Below are positions 49,367 through 59,417 of a stretch of DNA of 64,000 nt, piece by piece; position 1 is the first letter of the stretch; every line of letters begins with the position of its first letter. A program made the position numbers and the translations under genes. The notes beneath the pieces are model-generated. The model saw only the letters and a program-made list of their open reading frames with translations. It was not told where the DNA came from and ran no database searches. The DNA lies in contig CAXXWS020000004.1 in the NCBI GenBank assembly GCA_963665325.3, forward strand, positions 224,001-288,000, written 5' to 3'. The DNA comes from Alphaproteobacteria bacterium (lineage in GTDB: Bacteria; Pseudomonadota; Alphaproteobacteria; Bin95).

Positions 49367-49992
49367 CGATCGAGGCCGTGCTGTGGGACTTCGGCGGGGT
49401 GTTGACGGAGAGCCCATTCGACGCCTTCGCCCGCTACGAGCGCGCCAACGGCCTGCCGAAGGGCGCGGTCCGGCGCATCAACAGCCGCAATCCGGACGGC
49501 AATGCCTGGGCGCTGTTCGAGCGCAGCGAGATCGACCGGGACGGGTTCTGCCGGCGCTTCGAGGCCGAGGCGGCGGCGCTCGGCTACCGGCTGGACGCGG
49601 GCGAAATCCTCGACCTCATCCAGGGCCCGGTGCGGCCGGGGATGGTGGCGGCGCTCCGGGCGGTCGCGGCCCGCTACCGGACCGCCTGCCTCACCAACAA
49701 TATGCGCGCGCCCGGCGGGGACAGCCCGCGCGCGCGCCAGATCGCCGAGGCGATGGCGCTGTTCGACACGGTAGTGGAGTCGCGCGAGGCGGGCATGCGC
49801 AAGCCGGAGCCCGCCTTCTACCGCCTCGCCTGCGAGCGGCTGGGCGTGGCGCCGCAGGCCTGCGTCTTCCTCGACGATCTCGGCATCAACCTGAAGCCGG
49901 CCCGCGCCATGGGCATGGTGACGATCAAGGTCGAGACCGAAGCCCAGGCGCTCGCCGAGCTGGAGGCTGCCCTCGCCCATCCGCTGTCCTGA
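49363..49992 (+). CDS. HAD-superfamily hydrolase
   Basis: WDFGGV, LTNN, RKPEP and FLDD..INL motifs; GTGA overlap. Confidence 0.88.
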
Positions 49993-50129
49993 CGGGAGGC
50001 GGCCGGCACCGCCCGAGTAATACCAGCGGTGCCGGGTTGAGACTCATCGGTTGGCGCCGCCGCGCCGAACGCGGCGAACATTTCGGATGGCGGCGTTGGC
50101 GCCGCCCCGCTCGGCGTCCCGGCCCTCTC

Positions 50130-50232
50130 CTCATCCTGAGTAGCGCCCGCGCCAGCGGGCGCGTATCGAAGGACCGTCCCGCCGGTGGAAACGCCTCCCT
50201 CGATACGCGGCTGGCGCCGCTACTCGGGAGAG
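50130..50232. repeat. Intergenic nested palindromic (REP/RIME/MITE-like) element
   Basis: CCTGAGTAGCG/CGCTACTCGGG and CGCGTATCGAAGG/CCCTCGATACGCG nested stems. Confidence 0.7.
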
Positions 50233-50305
50233 ATACAAGGGGAAAGAGGACCGAGCCGACGGCAGGGGCGCCCTCGCTATCGGTCCCGATCGATCGCCGC
50301 CGGTA

Positions 50306-51148
50306 TTAGCGCCGCGCCAGTTCGCCGAACCATTGCGGGACGTCGCGCGGGTCGCCGTCGGCGGCGCGCACAAGGCCGTCGAAATGCCGCGCCAGGCTGC
50401 GCACGCGGCCGGCCTGGCGGAAAGCGAGCGTCACCGACCCGACATAGATCACACCCAGAAGCGGGCCGAACACGGTTAACGGCGCCGAGAAGATCTGGTG
50501 CGCGTCGTAGATGAAGATGCGCAAGGACGGGTATAGCTGTTCGCAGCTTTCCGCCATGCGCTCCAGCTGCATCTTGCGCGCCCCGGCCCCGAGGCCCGAC
50601 CAGTAGCCTTCGCCGCGGGCAAAACTCTCGATCTCGTGGCGCGGCAGCGCGATTTCGTAGTCGGACATGTTCTGGCGCATCCAGTCCATCCGGTCTTCCA
50701 CCGCCGCGATGGCCTGGCCGGGCGTCTTGCCGACATGGGCGCGGTATTCCCATTCGAGCACCGTGCGGGTCTTCAGCAGCTCGGGCAGGGAAGTCGGCAC
50801 ATGCCGGATCTTGTAGCCTGCGGCTTCCCGGTGCCATTCGAGCAGCCGGTCGTCGGTCGAGGTGCGCGCGGCCGCTTCCATGCGAATCCCGTCCTCCACG
50901 ACATCGCCCGGCCGTTCCATCCGGTCCGTCAACGCGCTCAGCCAGTCCAGGCTGACGCCGAGCGCCGAGGCGCAATTCGCGGCAAGCTGAACATTCGGCA
51001 GTTGCGCGCTGCCTTCGGCCAGAATCTTGCCGATGGTGGAACGCTGGACCCCGGCCGCGCGCGCAAGGTCGCTGCGGTTCATGCCGGCGCCCTCCATGGC
51101 GGCCAGCATCCGTTGACGAAATTGTACAGCGCGGTCCCGTTTGTCCAT
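50306..51148 (-). CDS. XRE-family HTH transcriptional regulator
   Basis: MNRSDLARAAGVQRSTIGK..ALGVSLDWL. Confidence 0.85.
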   Translation of the reverse strand: MDKRDRAVQFRQRMLAAMEGAGMNRSDLARAAGVQRSTIGKILAEGSAQLPNVQLAANCASALGVSLDWLSALTDRMERPGDVVEDGIRMEAAARTSTDDRLLEWHREAAGYKIRHVPTSLPELLKTRTVLEWEYRAHVGKTPGQAIAAVEDRMDWMRQNMSDYEIALPRHEIESFARGEGYWSGLGAGARKMQLERMAESCEQLYPSLRIFIYDAHQIFSAPLTVFGPLLGVIYVGSVTLAFRQAGRVRSLARHFDGLVRAADGDPRDVPQWFGELARR

Positions 51149-51265
51149 AATTACAACATAATGGCTTTTATTCTCCAGGTAAGCAGTAAGTGTTTCCTAT
51201 ATCCTTAATTCAACACAACGCCCGAACTCCTACATCGTCCGCAGAAGGCATGGAGGAGAACGGGT

Positions 51266-51484
51266 TTGGAGACGAAGCGGCGCACTCTGGTGAAGGCGGC
51301 GATCTGGCAGTTCATGGGCCTCGCGTCGATGTCGCTGATCGGCCTGATGTTCACCGGCTCGGCCGTGCAGGGCGGCGCAATCGCCGTTACGGGAACGGTT
51401 TCCGGCTTTGTCGTGTATTTCGTTTACGAGCGCGTCTGGTCGCGGGTGCGCTGGGGGCGGCTTCAACAGTTCGACGGCAGATAG
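51266..51484 (+). CDS. DUF2061-like small membrane protein
   Basis: ET..RTLVKA..W and Y..YERVW..VRWG; TTG start with GGAGGAG RBS. Confidence 0.75.
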   Translation: METKRRTLVKAAIWQFMGLASMSLIGLMFTGSAVQGGAIAVTGTVSGFVVYFVYERVWSRVRWGRLQQFDGR

Positions 51485-51589
51485 CGCGGCTTGCAGCAGC
51501 CGGCCAATTGCGATCTCGCCGCGCAACAGGCAGGATCGGGACTTGCGGTCGTCGTCCGCACGGCCGGCAGGCAAAGCAGGGAGGAGGCG

Positions 51590-52879
51590 ATGTCGCGAAT
51601 AGCAATAACCGATGCGCAAGTGTGGGACGGCGAGGCCGACGGACCGGTTCCTGCAACCGTTGTGGTGGAGGGCAACCGCATTGCTGCGGTGGCGCCCGCA
51701 GGCGAAGCGGTCGGCGATCTACCGGACGAGCGGATCGACGGCGCCGGCATGACCCTGATGCCCGGCATGGTCGAAGGCCACTGCCACCCGAGCTTCACCG
51801 GCATCATGGCCCCGCCGGACCTGGGCCGGATAGGCCCCGAACGGCACATGCTGCTGACGGCCCAGAACCTCCGCCTGTTGCTGGAGCACGGCTTCACCTC
51901 GATCTTCGAGGCGGCTTCCGCCAAGCCGATGCTCGGCGTCAATGCGCGCGACGCCATCGAGGAAGGGATGCTGGCGGGCCCCCGCATGCGCGCCGGCTCG
52001 CCCGAGATCACCACCACGGCCGGGCTCGGCGACGAGCGCCAGCGCCACATCCACCAGGAGAGCTTCGGGCTTGTCGCCGACGGGCCGGAAGAGATGCGCA
52101 AGGTGGCGCGCGAATGCGTCCGCGATGGCGTGGACCAGCTCAAAATCAACCTCTCCGGCGACGATTTCGTTGAGTTCGCCAAGGGCGAAGTGACGCCGAC
52201 CAACGATGACGAAGTGGCCGCGCTCGTCGGGGTCGCGCGCGATTTCGGCAAGATGGTGGCCTGCCACGCCCGCTCGTCCAAGAGCGTGATGATGGCGGTC
52301 AGGCACGGTATCGAGTGCATCTACCACTGCGACTATGCGAACGAGGAGGCGCTCGACGCGCTGGAGAGCGTCAAGGACACGGCCTTTGTCGGCCCGGCTT
52401 TCGGTCTCGTCCACAACTCCACCCGGGAGGGCGAAAAATACGGGCTGGACCGCCAGACCGCCGAATCCATCGGCCTCTTCCGGATGTTCGACCTCACCTG
52501 CGAGACCTATCACGAGATCCGCAAGCGCGGCATCCGGGTCGTGGTCGGCGGCGACTACGGCTTCGCCATGACACCGATGGGCCAGAACGCGCGGGATATC
52601 GAACATTTCGTGCGCTATTTCGGCTACTCGCCGGTCGAGGCGCTCAAATGCGCCACGGTCGTCGGCGCGGAGCTGATGGGCATGGCGGGCGAAACCGGCA
52701 AGGTGAAGCAAGGCTATCTGGCCGACCTGCTGCTGGTCCGCGGCGACCCGACGAAAGACGTCTCTCTGGTCCAGCATCGCGACAATCTCGCCATGATCAT
52801 GAAGGACGGCGCGCTCTACAAGGACCCGCGCCTCGGCACCGCGCCCATGGACGACTATCTGGTCCAGGCCGCCGAATAG
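51590..52879 (+). CDS. Metal-dependent amidohydrolase (Xaa-Pro dipeptidase-like)
   Basis: MPGMVEGHCH, DQLK, ACHAR, IYH, GGDYG and ADLLLVRGDP motifs. Confidence 0.88.
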   Translation: MSRIAITDAQVWDGEADGPVPATVVVEGNRIAAVAPAGEAVGDLPDERIDGAGMTLMPGMVEGHCHPSFTGIMAPPDLGRIGPERHMLLTAQNLRLLLEHGFTSIFEAASAKPMLGVNARDAIEEGMLAGPRMRAGSPEITTTAGLGDERQRHIHQESFGLVADGPEEMRKVARECVRDGVDQLKINLSGDDFVEFAKGEVTPTNDDEVAALVGVARDFGKMVACHARSSKSVMMAVRHGIECIYHCDYANEEALDALESVKDTAFVGPAFGLVHNSTREGEKYGLDRQTAESIGLFRMFDLTCETYHEIRKRGIRVVVGGDYGFAMTPMGQNARDIEHFVRYFGYSPVEALKCATVVGAELMGMAGETGKVKQGYLADLLLVRGDPTKDVSLVQHRDNLAMIMKDGALYKDPRLGTAPMDDYLVQAAE

Positions 52880-52891
52880 GGAGGAACCGCC

Positions 52892-53764
52892 ATGGCGTCG
52901 ATTACCCCGCTCAATGCCGCGTTCGGCGCGGAAATTCGCGGCGTCGATCTGGGCGCCGGAGCCGACGATGCGCTCATGCGCTGGCTCACCGGCGCGCTCT
53001 ACGAGCACCGCGTCATCGTCATCCGCGACCAGTCGCTCGACAAGGAGAGCTATCTCGGCTTCGGGCGGCAATGGGGCAAGCCCATCCCCCATGTGCTCGA
53101 CCACATGCGCATGCCCGGATATCCCGAGCTGCTGACGGTGGGCAACACCGAGAAGCGCGACGAGGACCCGAAGATCCGCAACGGCGCCGCGCTCTGGCAC
53201 ACCGACCAGTCTTACGAGAAGACGCCGGCGAGCGCGACCATGCTCTACTCGCTGATCGCGCCCGAGCAAGGCGGCGAGACGCAGTTCTGCGACATGGCCG
53301 CCGCTTACGACAATCTGGGCGAAGCGGTGAAGCGGCGGATCGACGGCATCCGGGTCGCGCACAAATACGGGCGCGGCAAGCGGCGCGCGGACGAACCGCC
53401 GGCGAACCCGATCGTCAATGACGACCAGGACCAGCGCGTGCCGCCTGTCTATCACCCGCTGGTCATGCCCCACCCGGTGACGGGCCGCAGGGCTCTCTAT
53501 GCCTTGGGCCACGGCGCCTACGCCATCGAGGGCATGGACGACAGCGAGGCGGAGGCGCTGCTCGACGGGTTGAAGGACCACGCGCTGGAGGAGCGGCATA
53601 TCTACCGCCACAAATATTCCGTCGGCGATCTGGTGGTGTGGGACACGCTGCAGACCATGCACGCCGCCACGCCCATCGGCGTCGCGACCGCGAAGGAGGA
53701 TTCGCGCCTCCTCTGGCGCATCAGCGTGCGCGGCCGCCCCGCGATCCACGCAGCGGCGGCCTGA
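52892..53764 (+). CDS. TauD/TfdA family 2-oxoglutarate dioxygenase
   Basis: WHTDQSY, GGETQF, HPLV..HPVTG and WD...MH motifs. Confidence 0.92.
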   Translation: MASITPLNAAFGAEIRGVDLGAGADDALMRWLTGALYEHRVIVIRDQSLDKESYLGFGRQWGKPIPHVLDHMRMPGYPELLTVGNTEKRDEDPKIRNGAALWHTDQSYEKTPASATMLYSLIAPEQGGETQFCDMAAAYDNLGEAVKRRIDGIRVAHKYGRGKRRADEPPANPIVNDDQDQRVPPVYHPLVMPHPVTGRRALYALGHGAYAIEGMDDSEAEALLDGLKDHALEERHIYRHKYSVGDLVVWDTLQTMHAATPIGVATAKEDSRLLWRISVRGRPAIHAAAA

Positions 53765-53769
53765 GCGCC

Positions 53770-54189
53770 GTGGCCGACGCGACGCTCGAAGGCGGCTGCC
53801 TCTGCGGGGCGGTGCGTTACCGGATCGACGCCCCACCGCTCTGGACCGGCTATTGCCACTGCACAAGCTGCCGGCGCAGCACCGGCGCGCCGGTCACCAT
53901 GTTCATCGGCGCGCGCGCAGACTCCGTGACCTTCACGAAAGGCGAGCGGACCGCGTTCGCCTCCTCGCCCGGCGTCGAGCGCGGCTTCTGCGCCGCCTGC
54001 GGCACCCCGCTCACCTACGAGTCGGACCGTTTCCCGGGCGAGACCCACTTCTACATCAGCACCCTCGACGACCCGCAGTCGCTGCCGCCCACCTTCCACG
54101 TCTTCTACGAGGAGCGGCTGCGCTGGCTCGAAATCGCCGACGACCTGCCCCGCCATCCGACGGTGACGGGACGGGTGGACGGGGAGTAG
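53770..54189 (+). CDS. GFA (glutathione-dependent formaldehyde-activating) family protein
   Basis: GGCLCGAVRY, CHCTSCRR and FCAACGTPL motifs; GTG start. Confidence 0.9.
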   Translation: MADATLEGGCLCGAVRYRIDAPPLWTGYCHCTSCRRSTGAPVTMFIGARADSVTFTKGERTAFASSPGVERGFCAACGTPLTYESDRFPGETHFYISTLDDPQSLPPTFHVFYEERLRWLEIADDLPRHPTVTGRVDGE

Positions 54190-54394
54190 CCGGAGCGGGC
54201 GCGTGAATGGCCAGCCCTGAATTCATGTCGGAAGCCACCTTTTCCGAAACCCGGATGGGCCGTCGGAACACCGTTGCCCCATCGCTTTTCCTTGCCCCAA
54301 TCGCGGTCGAGTGATAGGCGTGAAAGATCGTTCTGCCGCACTCCCCGCGAGGTTGCCGGCGGTTCGACCGGACGGATTTCACGGGAGAGAGAAC

Positions 54395-55231
54395 ATGAAA
54401 AAGCTGCTTCTCGCCGCGGCAGGGGTCGCCTTTGCGCTCGGCTCGACTTCCGCCATTGCGGCGCAGTGCGAGAACGAGGTGTGGAACCGGGTCATGGAGC
54501 GCGGCAAGGTCGTGGTTGGCGTCAAGGCCGACTACAAGCCATGGGGCTACCGCGATTCTGACGGCACGATCGTCGGCATGGAAGCCGACATGGCGCAGGA
54601 CGTGGCCGACGCCATGGGCGTGGAGCTGGAGCTGGTCGCGGTGCAATCGTCAAACCGCATGCAGTTCCTGCAGCAGGGCAAGATCGACATGATGATCGCC
54701 ACGATGTCGGACCGCGTGGACCGGCGCAAGATCGTGGGCATTACCCAGCCCAACTACTACACCTCGGGCACCAACATCATGTCGCCGAAGGCGCTCAAGA
54801 TCGCCCAATGGTCCGAACTGGAGGGCAAGCCCGTTTGCGGCAAGCAGGGTGCCTTCTATAACAAGATCGTCTCCAAGCGCTATGGCGCCGAGATCATCGC
54901 CTTCACCGGCAATGCCGAAGCCAAGCAGGCGCTGCGCGACCGCAAGTGCATCGCCTGGGTCTATGACGATTCGTCGATCATGTCCGACCTGTCGTCCGGC
55001 CAGTACGACGACTTCGAGATGCCGCTGAACAGCGAGGACGACAACCCCTGGGGCCTGGCCGTGCCGCTCGAAGAGAGGAGTTGCGTCTTCGGCAACTTCA
55101 TGTCCGGCATGACGTTCAACTGGCACCAGTCCGGCCGATTGATCGAGCTGGAAAAGAAGTGGGGCATCCAGGCGACCCAGTATCTGGTCGACAAGCACGA
55201 GCAGTACGGCGACTGGCTCGCGGGCAAGTAG
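54395..55231 (+). CDS. Polar amino acid ABC transporter substrate-binding protein
   Basis: Signal peptide, GVKADYKPWG and NRMQFLQQGKID motifs. Confidence 0.9.
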   Translation: MKKLLLAAAGVAFALGSTSAIAAQCENEVWNRVMERGKVVVGVKADYKPWGYRDSDGTIVGMEADMAQDVADAMGVELELVAVQSSNRMQFLQQGKIDMMIATMSDRVDRRKIVGITQPNYYTSGTNIMSPKALKIAQWSELEGKPVCGKQGAFYNKIVSKRYGAEIIAFTGNAEAKQALRDRKCIAWVYDDSSIMSDLSSGQYDDFEMPLNSEDDNPWGLAVPLEERSCVFGNFMSGMTFNWHQSGRLIELEKKWGIQATQYLVDKHEQYGDWLAGK

Positions 55232-55350
55232 CCCGCGGGCTCACGGAGTCCCGGCCGGCCATTCCGGGGGCTTGTCCCGGCGGCGGGCGTCCGGCGTGTC
55301 GGCGCCGGACGCCTCTCTGGCCGCGCGCCGGGTGAGCGGGGCCGCATTCC

Positions 55351-56106
55351 ATGTGGGACTCGATTCAGAAATACTTCCTCGATCTCGCTGAGCGGGACCC
55401 GACCTGGAATTTCATCTACATCTACGATGACAAGGAGCTGGAGCGCGTCCTCGACGGCATTTGGGTGACGCTCGAACTCGCGGTCGTCTGCGTCCTGTTC
55501 AGTGTCGCCATCGGCATCGTCGGGGCCTGGTTGCAGGGCGCCCGCTCACGGCTCGTGCAGATCGTCGTCCAGGGCTATATCCAGTTCTTCCGCAATACGC
55601 CGCCGCTGGTCCAACTGCTGTTCTTCTATTTTGCGCTCGGCCAGTTCACGCCGACCTTTTCGCCTGACGGCTATCTCCAGCAGCCGATCATCTCCAATGT
55701 CGGCTGGGCGATCATCTCGCTGTCCTTCTTCGCCGGCGCCTTCAACATCGAGATTTTCCGCGCCGGTATCGAGGCGGTGCCGCAATCAACCCAGGAGGCC
55801 GCCGAGTCGCTCGGGATGAACCGGTTCCAGGCCTATGTCTACATCGTCCTGCCACTCGCCTTCCGGGTCAGCCTGCCGTCGCTGAACAACAATCTGGTCA
55901 ATCTGGTCAAGACCACGACGCAGGCGCTGGCCATCGCCGTGCCGGAGCTGCTCTACCAGCTTGTCAGCATCTACAACGACTACTCCACGTCCCAGAACGC
56001 CTGCATGGTGCTGATGTTCGTCGTCTATATCACGCTGGTCGGCGTGCTGGTTCTCGGCATGAACCGCTGGGAGCGCCGGATGCAGATCCCGGGTTACGGC
56101 GGATGA
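55351..56106 (+). CDS. Amino acid ABC transporter permease
   Basis: FFRNTPPLVQL and EIFRAGIEAVP..EAAESLG motifs. Confidence 0.9.
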   Translation: MWDSIQKYFLDLAERDPTWNFIYIYDDKELERVLDGIWVTLELAVVCVLFSVAIGIVGAWLQGARSRLVQIVVQGYIQFFRNTPPLVQLLFFYFALGQFTPTFSPDGYLQQPIISNVGWAIISLSFFAGAFNIEIFRAGIEAVPQSTQEAAESLGMNRFQAYVYIVLPLAFRVSLPSLNNNLVNLVKTTTQALAIAVPELLYQLVSIYNDYSTSQNACMVLMFVVYITLVGVLVLGMNRWERRMQIPGYGG

Positions 56107-57014
56107 TACGCCAGCGGGCAATCCCCGGTGTCGATGCGCCGGCGGCCGGCGGCTTCGCCGTGCTCATGCCGGCCAGGGCCCGGGCAGCGGGCGAGGCCGA
56201 CGACCTGCTGTTCAGCCGCTGGCTGGCGCGCTCCGGGGGGTGGATAACGCTCGGCGCGGTCGCGCTTCTGGCGGCCATTGTCACGGTCTGGCCGATGGCG
56301 GCTTCCGCGCAGGGAAAATACAGCTTCGGCGATGCCTTCGACGCGCTGATCCGCTGGCTGCCATTTCTTGTCTCCAGCGGCTTCCTGCTCAACGTGCTGA
56401 TCTCGATTACCACCATGGCGGTCGGCACCGTCCTGGGGGTGCTACTGGGCCTGGGCCAGATTTCGACCAGCCGGGCGATCCGCCGCCTGTGCTGGTTCCT
56501 CACCCAGACCTTCCGCAATTCGCCCTGGCTGGTCCTGCTGTTCATCGTGATGCTGACCTTCCCCTTCGAGATCGTGCTCGGCGGTTTCGTCGTGAAGATT
56601 CCGGACTGGCTGAAGGCCGTGTTCGGCCTGTCGCTGCCGGTCATGGCCAACATTTCGGAGGTTGTGCGCGGAGCGGTGCAGTCGGTGCCGACAGGACAGT
56701 GGGAAGCCGCAGAATCCCTGGCCTATTCACGCCGGCAAACCTTGTGGCGGATCATCCTGCCGCAATGCTTCAAGCGCATGATCCCGCCCTGGATGAACTG
56801 GTATGCCATCCTGACCATGGCGACGCCGCTGGTCTCCCTGCTCGGCGTGGAGGAACTGATCACCCTGTCCCGCCAGGCGATGGAGTCTGAGAACAATCAT
56901 CCCGAGCTGCTGATCCCGTTCTACGGGTTCGCGTTGGTGATCTTCTTCGCCTATTGCTACCCCATCGCCCGCTTGACCCTGCGGCTGGAGCGCCGGTTTG
57001 CCGTCAAGCTCTAG
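56103..57014 (+). CDS. Amino acid ABC transporter permease
   Basis: FRNSPWLV and EVVRGAVQSVPTGQWEAAESL motifs. Confidence 0.88.
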   Translation: MIRQRAIPGVDAPAAGGFAVLMPARARAAGEADDLLFSRWLARSGGWITLGAVALLAAIVTVWPMAASAQGKYSFGDAFDALIRWLPFLVSSGFLLNVLISITTMAVGTVLGVLLGLGQISTSRAIRRLCWFLTQTFRNSPWLVLLFIVMLTFPFEIVLGGFVVKIPDWLKAVFGLSLPVMANISEVVRGAVQSVPTGQWEAAESLAYSRRQTLWRIILPQCFKRMIPPWMNWYAILTMATPLVSLLGVEELITLSRQAMESENNHPELLIPFYGFALVIFFAYCYPIARLTLRLERRFAVKL

Positions 57015-57030
57015 CCCGGAGGACCGAGGC

Positions 57031-57795
57031 ATGACCGACGCCATCGACGGAGACTGGACGCCCGACCGGCCGATCGTTTCTCTGATGGACGTGCGCAAGT
57101 CCTTCGGCGATCTTGAGGTCCTGAAAGGCATCTCGTTCGATGTGATGAAGGGCGAAGTCATCTGCATCATCGGGCCGTCCGGCTCCGGCAAGTCCACACT
57201 CATCCGCTGCATCAACGCGCTGAATCCAATCGACTCCGGTTCGATCACCGTAGAGGGGCAGGAGGTCAACGATCCCAGGCTCGACAAGCTGGAGCTGCGC
57301 AAGAAGGTCGGCATGGTGTTCCAACAGTACAACCTGTTTCCGCACAAGACGGCGCTGGAGAATGTCATGATGGCGCCCGTCCTGGTGCTGAAGGAAGACA
57401 AGGCGAGCGTCGAACGGCGGGCCCGGGCGCTGGTGCGCAAGGTGCGCCTGGAGGGCAAGGAGGACAGCTTCCCCGGCGAGCTGTCCGGCGGTCAGCAGCA
57501 GCGCGTTGCAATCGCCCGGTCGCTCGCCATGCAGCCGGACATCATGCTGTTCGACGAAGTCACCGCCGCGCTCGACCCGGAGACGGTCAAGGAAGTGCTG
57601 GTCACGATCCGCGAGCTGGCCGAAGAGGGCATGACCTGCATGCTGGTGACCCACGAGATGGGCTTCGCCCGCGAGATCGCCGACCACATCTATTTCACGG
57701 ACCGGGGCGTAATCGTCGAACACGGCCCTCCGGCCACATTCTTCGACGAAGCGCAGGACCCACGCACCCAGGAATTCCTCAGCCAGATCCTGTAG
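57031..57795 (+). CDS. Amino acid ABC transporter ATP-binding protein
   Basis: GPSGSGKST, LSGGQQQRVAIAR, FDE.T.ALDPE and VTHEMGFA motifs. Confidence 0.94.
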   Translation: MTDAIDGDWTPDRPIVSLMDVRKSFGDLEVLKGISFDVMKGEVICIIGPSGSGKSTLIRCINALNPIDSGSITVEGQEVNDPRLDKLELRKKVGMVFQQYNLFPHKTALENVMMAPVLVLKEDKASVERRARALVRKVRLEGKEDSFPGELSGGQQQRVAIARSLAMQPDIMLFDEVTAALDPETVKEVLVTIRELAEEGMTCMLVTHEMGFAREIADHIYFTDRGVIVEHGPPATFFDEAQDPRTQEFLSQIL

Positions 57796-57869
57796 CCGCG
57801 CAACGGGCCCGCCCAAGCGGAACCCGGTCGTATCGGGTCACGGCCGGGACCCTGCCCAACCTGCCGCCC

Positions 57870-58991
57870 TCACCCCAGCAAACCCCGCCCGGCGAGGTTC
57901 GCCATGAGCGCGCGGGCGCCGAAGGTCCAGCGGGGGGCTTCCTCGCAGGTGGTGACGCGGTTTGTGAGCGTGCCGAGGCGCGGGCTTGAGATCGAGACGA
58001 GGTCGCCTGTCTTGTGGGTGAAGCCCTGGCCGGGCGCGTCGCGGTCCTGGATCGGGGCGAACAGGGTGCCGGTGAAGAGCACCAGCCCGTCGGGATAGTC
58101 ATGCGCGGCGCCGATGGTCTGCGCCGCCAGATCCTCGATGTCGCGGCTGATCGCGGCCATCGAGCTGGCGCCCTCCAGCACAAACCCGTCCTCGCCCGCC
58201 ACATGCAGCGCGATCTCCGCACTTCGCATGTCGCCCAGGCCGAACTCCGCGTCCACGAGGCGGATGAAGGGGCCAAGCGCGGTCGAGGCGTTGTTGTCCT
58301 TGGCCTTACCCAGCAGCAGGGCGCTCCGCCCCTCGATATCGCGGAGGTTGACGTCATTGCCGAGCGTGGCGCCCACGATCCGCCCCGAGGGCGCGATGAC
58401 GAGCACCAGCTCCGGCTCGGGATTGTTCCAGACCGAGTCGGAGCGCACGCCGATCTCCATGCCGGCACCGACGGCGGACATGGGCTGCGCCTTGGTGAAC
58501 ACCTCCGCGTCCGGCCCGATGCCGACCTCCAGATAGGCCGACCAGAGCCCGCGCTCCGCCAGCGCCTGCTTGAGCCGCGCCGCCTCCGCCGAGCCGGGCG
58601 CGATGCTGGCGAGGTCCGCGCCGATCTCCTTCGCCAGCACACCCCGGATGCCTTCGGCGGCGGCAGGGTCGCCGCGCGCCTGTTCCTCGATCACGCGCTC
58701 CAACATGCTGGCTGCGAAGGTGACGCCGCAGGCCTTGACCGCCTGCAGATCGACCGGCGCCAGCAGCGAGTCCCGCCCATCCAACGGCCCCAGATCCTCG
58801 CCCGGAGCCGCGCGGAGCGCCGCCGCCGGATCGGTGGCCGCCAAGAGGTCCGTCATCGTCGGGAAGGCGCCGGTCACATCGAACAGCCGGCCCTCGCGGA
58901 GCGCGATGACGGACGGCCCCCCGGCATCGTCCCTCCAGACCCGCCCGGCAAGCGCGGCGCAGTCTGCGTCTTCAGGCGGGCGGATGCTCAT
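57870..58991 (-). CDS. Fumarylacetoacetate hydrolase family protein
   Basis: KACGVTF, AEVFTK, WNNPEPE, GNDVNLRD.EGRSALLLGKAKDN and GPFI motifs. Confidence 0.88.
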   Translation of the reverse strand: MSIRPPEDADCAALAGRVWRDDAGGPSVIALREGRLFDVTGAFPTMTDLLAATDPAAALRAAPGEDLGPLDGRDSLLAPVDLQAVKACGVTFAASMLERVIEEQARGDPAAAEGIRGVLAKEIGADLASIAPGSAEAARLKQALAERGLWSAYLEVGIGPDAEVFTKAQPMSAVGAGMEIGVRSDSVWNNPEPELVLVIAPSGRIVGATLGNDVNLRDIEGRSALLLGKAKDNNASTALGPFIRLVDAEFGLGDMRSAEIALHVAGEDGFVLEGASSMAAISRDIEDLAAQTIGAAHDYPDGLVLFTGTLFAPIQDRDAPGQGFTHKTGDLVSISSPRLGTLTNRVTTCEEAPRWTFGARALMANLAGRGLLG

Positions 58992-59042
58992 TCCGGCTCC
59001 TCCGGCAGCGTTCGCGGCCATCATAGCGCGCGGATGGCAGCG

Positions 59043-59282
59043 TCAATTCTTGCCCGAAAATGTGGCTCGGACTTCGTCCGCCCCCATGCCGCCGAAATCG
59101 TCGGGAACCGATATTTCGCCTGCCATGAACCCGATCCGGGAACGCGGTTCCGGCGCGTCGAGCGCGACCACCTTGACGAGTGGTTTGCCTGCGCGGGCGA
59201 TGACGAACGGCTCGCCTTCGGCGGCGGCCCGGACGAGGTGCGAGAGATGGGTCCTGGCTTCGCCGATATTGACGACGCGCAT
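59043..59282 (-). CDS. Phd/YefM family antitoxin (orphan)
   Basis: MRVVNIGEARTHLSHLV..GEPFVIARAGKP..RIGFMAG.ISVPDDF; RBS AAGGAGG. Confidence 0.85.
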   Translation of the reverse strand: MRVVNIGEARTHLSHLVRAAAEGEPFVIARAGKPLVKVVALDAPEPRSRIGFMAGEISVPDDFGGMGADEVRATFSGKN

Positions 59283-59417
59283 GGGCCGCCTCCTTACCGT
59301 CAGGAGTGTTCTACTTGGCGGAACAGGAACCTTCGCGCAAGCCTGCAACCGCCCTACCCTCCGCTGCCAGCCGAGGCTAAACTTGCCGGTGTTGCGAATC
59401 GTCGAGGAGGTTGTGCC

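Noticed and set aside
50050-50106. 12-bp direct repeat GTTGGCGCCGCC
   Set aside because: Short, GC-rich and without associated structure; may be chance
54190-54394. Riboswitch upstream of the amino acid ABC operon
   Set aside because: Only short generic hairpins; no conserved aptamer motif recognised
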